Of a stretch of DNA of 41,449 nucleotides, positions 29,301 to 36,378 are shown in pieces. The stretch covers positions 7,592 through 49,040 of the forward strand of contig RQSC01000204.1 of the NCBI GenBank assembly GCA_013416795.1. The letters are read 5' to 3'. The position numbers and the translations under genes are program-made. The DNA is from Prasinococcaceae sp. CCMP 1430. Its lineage: Eukaryota; Plantae; Prasinodermophyta. Every line of letters begins with the position of its first letter. Position 1 is the first letter of the stretch. The notes below the pieces were generated by a model, which did no database searches, was not told where the DNA came from, and was given only the letters and a program-made list of their open reading frames with translations.

Positions 29301-29721
29301 CGGCGCCGTTCTGGATGCACGAGAACACTGTGTCCGAGTGCTCGTTGGCGCTCATCATGATCACGGGCATGGCCCCCAGCTCCTCACACTCGCGCACGTG
29401 TCGCAGCAGCTGGATGCCGTCCACACCGGGCATCATCACGTCGGTGAGAAGCAAGTGAAAATCTGCCGGCCGCTCTTGCAGCAGCGCGAGCGCCTCCTCG
29501 CCGGAGGTCGCCTGCGTGCACTTGTAGCCACACTTGCGCAGAATGTTTGACACCACGAGGCGGCTCAGCCGCTCGTCATCCACGAGGAGAACGTTGACGT
29601 CGGCGGGCGCGAGCTGCTCCAGCTTGCTCGGCGCCGGCGACAGCATAGCTGTCGAGGGCGTCCGCCCGCCAGTCGCTTGCTCGAGAGACCCGCCCATGCT
29701 ACCGAACTGTCCCATGCTCAT
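26326..29721 (-). CDS. SPA: SPA-family protein (kinase-like domain, coiled coil, COP1/SPA WD40) fused to an N-terminal response-regulator receiver domain, about 1131 aa, single ORF
   Basis: REC: VLLVDDE...LLLTDVMMP...VIMMSA...[24 protein letters not shown]. SPA kinase-like: VTLRDV...[13 protein letters not shown]...EEDWYRAPE...[13 protein letters not shown]...LRMRILPP...[10 protein letters not shown]. WD40: [85 protein letters not shown]. No RING finger. Confidence 0.93.
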   Translation of the reverse strand: [1131 protein letters not shown]

Positions 29722-30073
29722 GCCTGGCGGCCGCCCTCGGGCGCAGCGGCAGCGGGCGGACCGCCCCGACTCACCCCAACCAAGCAAAGAAAGATGCAGG
29801 AGGCGGCGCCCCGCGCCCACGCCCGCCGCGCGGCGCCCCCTCCCCCCACCCTTCGCTTCGCTTCGCAAGCACTCGCGCCCGCCCGCTCCCCCCACGCCGC
29901 GCCCGCACCCCCGCCGCGGCGGCCGGTGCGCGCACGCCGTATGGCAGCGCGCCACGCGGGCGCGTCATGTGCGAGAAATGAGTGGCGCGCTGCCTACAAA
30001 AAGGGGAAAAAAAACTGGTAGTACAGGTCAAATAGCATTCATATGACACAGTCGCCCGTGGTTAGACATGAAG

Positions 30074-30078
30074 TTACA
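30074..30078 (-). terminator. TGTAA putative poly(A) signal of DIS3
   Basis: TTACA on the + strand, about 90 nt past the DIS3 stop codon. Confidence 0.5.
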
Positions 30079-30169
30079 GTACATCTGCATGTATGCGTGA
30101 CGCGGCCGCGCGCAAGAGGGAAGGCCGCCGCCGAGCGCCCCGCCCGCGTGAGCACGCAGTGCGGTTCAC

Positions 30170-33100
30170 TCACGCGCCGCCGGCCGCTGCGAAGGTGACG
30201 GACAGTCTCGGGCGGTTGGCGAGCCCGGTGACCACCTCGATTGCGACGTCCACGCGGTCGAAGACCCGCAGCGTGAGCTCGCCCCCGCGCGCAGTGACGC
30301 TCATGCCGTCCTCGGAGACCACGACCGGCCTCTGGCGCTCGTCGGCGGTGGAGGGGCCTGCGCCGTCGTCGTCGTAAAAGTAGACGGGGCCCTCGATGCC
30401 GTACTTGGGGATGAAGACCACCACGCCGTTGCGCAGCACCCTGATGACGCGCGCGTCCACGGTGACGCGCTTCTCCTTGAAGAAGATGTGCGTGTGCAGC
30501 TCGACGCTCGCGCGGCCGGCCAGCTGCGCGGCGTGGTGGCGGTGATTGAGGTTGGCCACCAGCTCGCGCGCGCCTGCGCGGTCATGGAAGGCGTTCGGCA
30601 GTGGGTCGAGGTTCAGCGACGCGCTGAGCAGACGGTGAACCATCACGTCGGCGTATCGGCGGATGGGCGACGTGAAGTGCGTGTACAGCGGCGCGGCGAG
30701 GCCGTAGTGTGTAAATTCGGCGCGCGAGGCCGCCTCGCCTGACGAGAGGTACACCGCCTGCGTCATGCAGCGCGTGGCCATGATGCGCACCATCTTGTCG
30801 AAGTACGGGTCGACCTCAGAGGCGCCCCTAGGTCCCGCTGCGCATGCGACATCCAGCGAATCCGCGAGCGCGCGGCTGGAGGAGGTGTCCAGGTCGAGAC
30901 CCACGGCGCGCACGGCAGCCAGAAGCGGCTCGAACGCGTCGGCCTTAGGCGCCGCGTGGCGGCGCAGGAGCGCACACGATGGGTAGTGCGACAGAATCTT
31001 TTCGGCGACGGCGCAATTCGCCAGCAGCATGAACTCTTCCACCATGTGGTTTGCCTCTTTCACCTGGTACATGCCCACGTCCAGCGGGTCGTGCGTTTCG
31101 CGGTCGATCTCGAACTTCACCTCGGGCGACGCGAGCGTCAGCGCACCGGCCTCGATGCGCTTTCGTCGTAGCAGCTTCGCCAGCGCGTTGAGGCGCCGCA
31201 GCGAGAGCGTCAGGTCGTCCTGCATGTTCTTGTCATCCATGCGCGCCTGCGCCTCGCCGTAACTTAGCGCCGCGCGGCTCTTGATTAGCGCCTTGAAGAA
31301 GTCCACGTTGACCACTTCAGCCTCGGGCGTCATCTCCCACTGCACACTGAAGGTTAGGCGCTCAACGTCCGCGCGCAGCGAGCATATCTCCTCAGTGAGA
31401 GGCTTAGGCAGCATGTCGATGCGCCGCTCGACCAGGTACACGCTAGTGGCGCGCCGCGATGCCTCCAGGTCCAGGGGCGTGCCCGCGCGCATGAAGTGCG
31501 TGACGTCGGCGATGTGCACGCTGACTTTCATATTGCCGTTGGGCAGCAGCTCGCAGCCCAGCGCGTCGTCGATGTCGCGGCAGCCGGGCGGGTCCACCGA
31601 GCACACGAGGTCCCCCCTGCAGTCGCGCCGCCAGGGCGCGTCCCGGTCTGCCTGTGAGGGTGCCCACGGTAGCCGCGGCACGCACGCGTGCACCGCGGGC
31701 GTGAACGGGCTCCACTCGACGTCGTGCTCAAGAAGGATCATGTCACTCTCAGTGGAGCGGTCGCCGATTTCGCCCACGGTGCGCACGTAGTGTCCCTCGG
31801 GGTACATCGAGTCCACATCCCACCGGTCGATGGCGACCATCACGCGCTTGGATACCAGTGTGTCGTACTGCCGCGTGAGGATGCGCACCTTGGGCACCTT
31901 GCGCTCCGCTGGCATGAAGAGAACGCTCACGGCTTGCCCGGGGTTCGCCTTGCGGCCGTCGCGCAGTGGTTGAAGGCTGCCGCAGTACGGGCGCCAGCCA
32001 CGCTTGATTATGCCCACAACCCGTCCGGTCGGACGGCGTTCGCCCTGCTCGCCATCCAACGGCCCTTGCTGCTGCTCGTTGATGCCTTCCCCCTGCTGCT
32101 GCTGCTGCTGCTGCTCAGCGGCACCCGCGCTCGCGCCGCCCGCCTGCGCGTCGCCGACCGCCGCGGCGACCTGCTCGTCCGCGAGAGCCTGTACGTCCGC
32201 GTCCTCGTCGAGCAGTCTACCCGTGTCGCCCACCCTTCGCCACTGGTCCTGAGGGAGGAGCTGCACGGCCACCGTGTCGCCGTCAACGGCGCGGTTGATC
32301 GCCTCGCGGCCGGCGATGACGACGTCGCCGCCATCAACGCCCGCGGCCGCAACACTGGCCTCCAGCGCGTTGTAGCGCGACACGCGAAAAGTGCCCTGAT
32401 AGAGCTCGCCGGCGGCCAACCGCCGCGTGAGCTCGGTGAGCGGCACGTGGTCCGCATATATGCGCTCTCGGCGCTGGCGCTTGCCGCCGCGCGAACCGCC
32501 CCCGGCGGCAGCGGCGCCGCCAGCCGCCTCGCGCCGCGCGTCGCTCGCAGCGTGGTTGGCCGCCCTGCCGGCGGACACGAGGTCCAGCAGCTCGGGCGAA
32601 GCCGCCTTGTGCTTACGCACGTACTCTTCGGCGCTCATGGCGACGACTCCCTCGTCAGCCGCCTTGCGTCGGTTGTCGGCGTCGTCGCTGAGCATGATGA
32701 TGGGCACGGACGGCGTCGCCTTCGTAGCGTACCACTTGGCGGCGGCACGGATGGCCTTGTCGTTGCGATCATTGGGAGATTCTCCCTTGGCGGCGAGCCC
32801 CACGTACGTTTCGCGGTGGTGCTCGTTGCTGAAGGCGAAGAAGCGGCGCTCTGAAGACGCGCACAGAGCACGCAGCCGCGTGTGCGCTGCCGCGTTGCGA
32901 TGGCGCGTCTCCTCCAGCACGATCCCGCACACGACGACGTCGTCGATGGACGCGTGCTCGAGCAGGTCGAGGTAGTTCAGCGCAATGTTGGTATCGATCA
33001 CTAGGTAGTGCTCCGCGTCTGCGCGCAGCTTTGCCGCCGGCACGTCCGTCGGCGGCGGCGGGTGCGCGTACCCCTCGGCAGCGCCGAGCGCACCGCAGTA

Positions 33101-33181
33101 GATGTCGTCGCGCAGGTAGTGCTCCTTCACGTAGCGCTTCACGCCGCCCGCCGCGCCTCGCCGCACGAACGAGCGCCGCAT
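30170..33181 (-). CDS. DIS3: Exosome catalytic subunit DIS3/RRP44 (PIN, CSD, RNB, S1), intronless, about 1003 aa
   Basis: N-terminal KEHYLRDDIYCG; PIN motifs VIDTNI, VLEE, DRNDKAIR, LSDD; RNB catalytic SVDPPGCRDIDDAL; EEFMLLAN; HYGLAAPLYTHFTSPIRRYADVMVHRLL. ATG 33181 matches the usual DIS3 start. Confidence 0.96.
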   Translation of the reverse strand: MRRSFVRRGAAGGVKRYVKEHYLRDDIYCGALGAAEGYAHPPPPTDVPAAKLRADAEHYLVIDTNIALNYLDLLEHASIDDVVVCGIVLEETRHRNAAAHTRLRALCASSERRFFAFSNEHHRETYVGLAAKGESPNDRNDKAIRAAAKWYATKATPSVPIIMLSDDADNRRKAADEGVVAMSAEEYVRKHKAASPELLDLVSAGRAANHAASDARREAAGGAAAAGGGSRGGKRQRRERIYADHVPLTELTRRLAAGELYQGTFRVSRYNALEASVAAAGVDGGDVVIAGREAINRAVDGDTVAVQLLPQDQWRRVGDTGRLLDEDADVQALADEQVAAAVGDAQAGGASAGAAEQQQQQQQGEGINEQQQGPLDGEQGERRPTGRVVGIIKRGWRPYCGSLQPLRDGRKANPGQAVSVLFMPAERKVPKVRILTRQYDTLVSKRVMVAIDRWDVDSMYPEGHYVRTVGEIGDRSTESDMILLEHDVEWSPFTPAVHACVPRLPWAPSQADRDAPWRRDCRGDLVCSVDPPGCRDIDDALGCELLPNGNMKVSVHIADVTHFMRAGTPLDLEASRRATSVYLVERRIDMLPKPLTEEICSLRADVERLTFSVQWEMTPEAEVVNVDFFKALIKSRAALSYGEAQARMDDKNMQDDLTLSLRRLNALAKLLRRKRIEAGALTLASPEVKFEIDRETHDPLDVGMYQVKEANHMVEEFMLLANCAVAEKILSHYPSCALLRRHAAPKADAFEPLLAAVRAVGLDLDTSSSRALADSLDVACAAGPRGASEVDPYFDKMVRIMATRCMTQAVYLSSGEAASRAEFTHYGLAAPLYTHFTSPIRRYADVMVHRLLSASLNLDPLPNAFHDRAGARELVANLNHRHHAAQLAGRASVELHTHIFFKEKRVTVDARVIRVLRNGVVVFIPKYGIEGPVYFYDDDGAGPSTADERQRPVVVSEDGMSVTARGGELTLRVFDRVDVAIEVVTGLANRPRLSVTFAAAGGA

Positions 33182-33911
33182 TGGGCGCGGCGCGAAAGCG
33201 GAGCCTCCGCCGCACGCGGCGAAGCCCCCTCCCCGGCCCAAGCATTTCACTGCTTGAGGTCCATCGAGATGGTGATCGTGCGAGTCACCGTCTCCCGCCG
33301 CGGCGGCTGCGCCAGCCGGCGCCTCTGCCGTCGCCCCAACGAATCGGGTCTTTTGTGTATCCGCCTTTTGTGTGTCCGTCTAGACCCGGTCTCATAGCCG
33401 TAAGTGACCCCGATTCGTCCTCGCTGAACCGGGGAATGGCCCAGGCGACCGCCCGTGCCGGCCAGCGCGGCTCGCCGCGCCGCGGTGCCGCGTGGATGGG
33501 GGGTTCCGCGCGTGCTGGGGACGGCGCCGGATTCCTCCCCGGTCAACGCGGGCGCCGCGTGAGCTTTGTACGATGCGCGGACCGCCCCCACGGAACCCGC
33601 GCATTCATCCGTGCGAGTGCGAGCGTATCCGGCAGCGCATCTCCTCTGCGCTCCTTCGAAAGCCCAAAGCGCAGGCGGAGCCCGGGCGGTCGCGCGCGCG
33701 AAAAAGCGCGCTCGCAGGCTTCCGCACCCACTTAAAAAAAAAGCAATTTCGCGGGATTTCGCGGAGCGTGCGCGCGTAAAAGCGCGCCGCGCCGGCTGAT
33801 CGGCGGCGGAAAGGGCGCCGCACCACAGCGCGCGCGGCGCGCCCCCTCCCCCTGACACACGCCGCCCGCGCACTCCACGCCCTCCCCGCCCTCCCGGCGG
33901 TGGCGGCAGCC

Positions 33912-34727
33912 ATGGATCAGGTGCGCGAGCGTGAGCGTGGCCGCGGCCGCGCTGGAGGCTGGAGCAATGGCCGCCGGCCGCCGGCAGGCGGGCCGCCCAC
34001 CCACAGAACCGCCCACCCCCACCCAGTCCAGCGCGCTGCAGAGATGCCACGCAGTCCCTTCACCCAGCCCACCGCAGCCCAGCGCCTCCCCATTTCCTAG
34101 CGACCATCGCTCGTGCTGACCGGGCCGCCCCCCGCGCGCGCTCTGCGCGCCTGCGCTGGTCAATGCGCTCCTCCCGCCCGCCCCGACCGGCCCATGCCCC
34201 GCCCACCGTCCCGTGCCTCAAGGTGGGGACTACAAACGTGTTGGCGGCCGGTGCTGAGGAGGAGAAGGGCGAGACCGCTCGCCTCGCTAGCTTCGTGGGT
34301 GCACTGGCGATCACCGACCTGGTGAAGACCACGCTCGGCCCCAAGGGGTGCGATGCGCGCTGGCGCCGCGAAGCGTGCGATTTCGGAACGTGCGGGCATG
34401 CCGGCACCATGGCGGGCTGGCTGCGCTCGCCGGCCCGTGCTCGGCGTTTGCGCCCTCGTGCCGCGTTGGCGGCTCGCATGCTGACTTGCGCCCGCTCACC
34501 ACCTGCACACGCGCACCTCCCCATGCCACCTTCACCCTTCACGTTCCCCAACGCTGGGGCTGGTCGCTTCGCGCGGGCGTCCCGTATCGCCCGCGTGCTG
34601 CCCCGCCCTGCAGGATGGACAAGATTCTGCAGTCCGTGAGTGGCAGCAAGAACGTGTCGGTGACCAACGACGGGGCCACCATCCTGCAGTCGATCTACGT
34701 CGACAACCCGGCTGCCAAGTACGTGCG

Positions 34728-34762
<35 letters not shown>

Positions 34763-36325
34763 AGACTTTGCTGTTTATGGCCGCTCTTGCGCCGCCGGCG
34801 GTGCGGATTAAAACATTTTTCCCTCCCCCCCCCCCCCCTTCACCCTCACCCCCACCCACCAACACACACACGCACACCCCGACCCCTAGATGCTGCGACG
34901 TGCCGCACGTGCCGCCCGGCGCTGACCGCAAGTATACCTGCTCTGCACGCCCGGTGTGTGCCGACGGCGTCCAACAGGGTGCTGCAGGACATTTCCAAGG
35001 TACAGGATGACGAGGTGGGGGACGGCACCACCTCGGTCGTCGTGCTCGCCGGCGAGCTTCTGCGCGAGGCTGAGAAGCTCATCAATCAGAAGGTCCACCC
35101 CATGACCATCATCGACGGCTTCCGCATGGCCGTGGAGACCGCCCGCGAGACGCTCAAGGGCCTGGCCGTGGACCACAAGGATGACGAGGAGGCGCTGCGC
35201 AAGGACCTGGTCAACGTGGCCATGACCACGCTGTGCTCCAAGATCCTCAACCAGGAGAAGGAGTACTTCGCCAACATGGGCGTCGACGCGATCCTGCGCC
35301 TCAAGGGCAGCGGCAACCTCGAGGCCATCTCCATCATCAAGAAGCCCGGCGGCACACTTCGTGAGTCATATCTCGATGAGGGCTTCATCCTGGACAAGAA
35401 GATCGGCGTTGGCCAGCCCAAGCGCATCGAGAACGCCAAGATCCTCGTGGCCAACACCGCCATGGACACCGACAAGGTGAAGATCTACGGCGCGCGCGTG
35501 CGCGCGGACGGCTTCGCCAAGGTCGCAGACATTGAGAAGGCCGAGAAGGACAAGATGCGTGAGAAGTGCGAGAAGATCATGGGTCACGGCATCAACGTCT
35601 TCGTGAACCGCCAGCTCATCTACAACTTCCCCGAGGAGATCTTCGCTGACAACGGCATCATGTCGATCGAGCACGCCGACTTCGACGGCATCGAGCGGCT
35701 GGCGCTGGTGACGGGCGGCGAGATCACCTCGACCTTTGACCACCCGGAGGAGGTCAAACTGGGCGAGTGCGAGCTGATCGAGGAGATCATGATTGGCGAG
35801 GACAAGCTTATTCGCTTTGGAGGGGTCAAGCTGGGCGAGGCGTGCACCATTGTCATGCGCGGTGCCTCGATGCACGTGCTGGATGAGGCCGAGCGCTCCA
35901 TGCACGACGCACTGTGCGTGCTGCAGCAGACGGTGCAAGACACTAGGGTGGTGTGTGGCGGCGGCGCGCCGGAGATCTGCATGGCCAAGGCGGTGGACGA
36001 GCTGGCCGCGCGCACACCGGGCAAAAAGGCGCTGGCCATCGAGGCTTTCGCGCGCGCGCTGCGGGGCATCCCCACCACCATCGCGGACAACGCGGGCCTC
36101 GACTCGGCTGAGCTCATTGCGCAGCTGCGCGCGGCGCACGCGACGCCGGGCTCCAACGCCGGTGTGGACGTCATCGACGGGGCGGTAGGTGATATGAAGC
36201 AGCGTGGCATCTTCGAGTCCTTCAAGGTCAAGCAGCAGGTCTTGCTCAGCGCGACCGAGGCCGCGGAGATGATCATGCGCGTCGACGAAATTGTCAAGTG
36301 CGCGCCCAGGCAGCGTGAGGGCTGA
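33912..36325 (+). CDS. CCT2: T-complex protein 1 subunit beta, 4 exons (33912..33920, 34223..34347, 34614..34718, 34978..36325), 528 aa
   Basis: Spliced sequence [50 protein letters not shown]...TNDGATIL...[20 protein letters not shown]...[15 protein letters not shown]...[19 protein letters not shown]. Three GT-AG introns keep phase. Confidence 0.97.
34728..34762. repeat. C35 homopolymer directly after the 5' splice site of CCT2 intron 3
   Basis: Read directly from the sequence. The length may be imprecise. Confidence 0.85.
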
Positions 36326-36378
36326 TGGTCGCAATTTTAAATAAACGGGAGGCTCAATAAGGTACACAACAATTTACA

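Noticed and set aside
29722-29955. Upstream part of the 1209-aa ORF as extra REC-SPA coding sequence
   Set aside because: Low-complexity GC-rich sequence. The Met cluster at 29721 is a more plausible start, although the upstream ATG at 29955 cannot be formally excluded.
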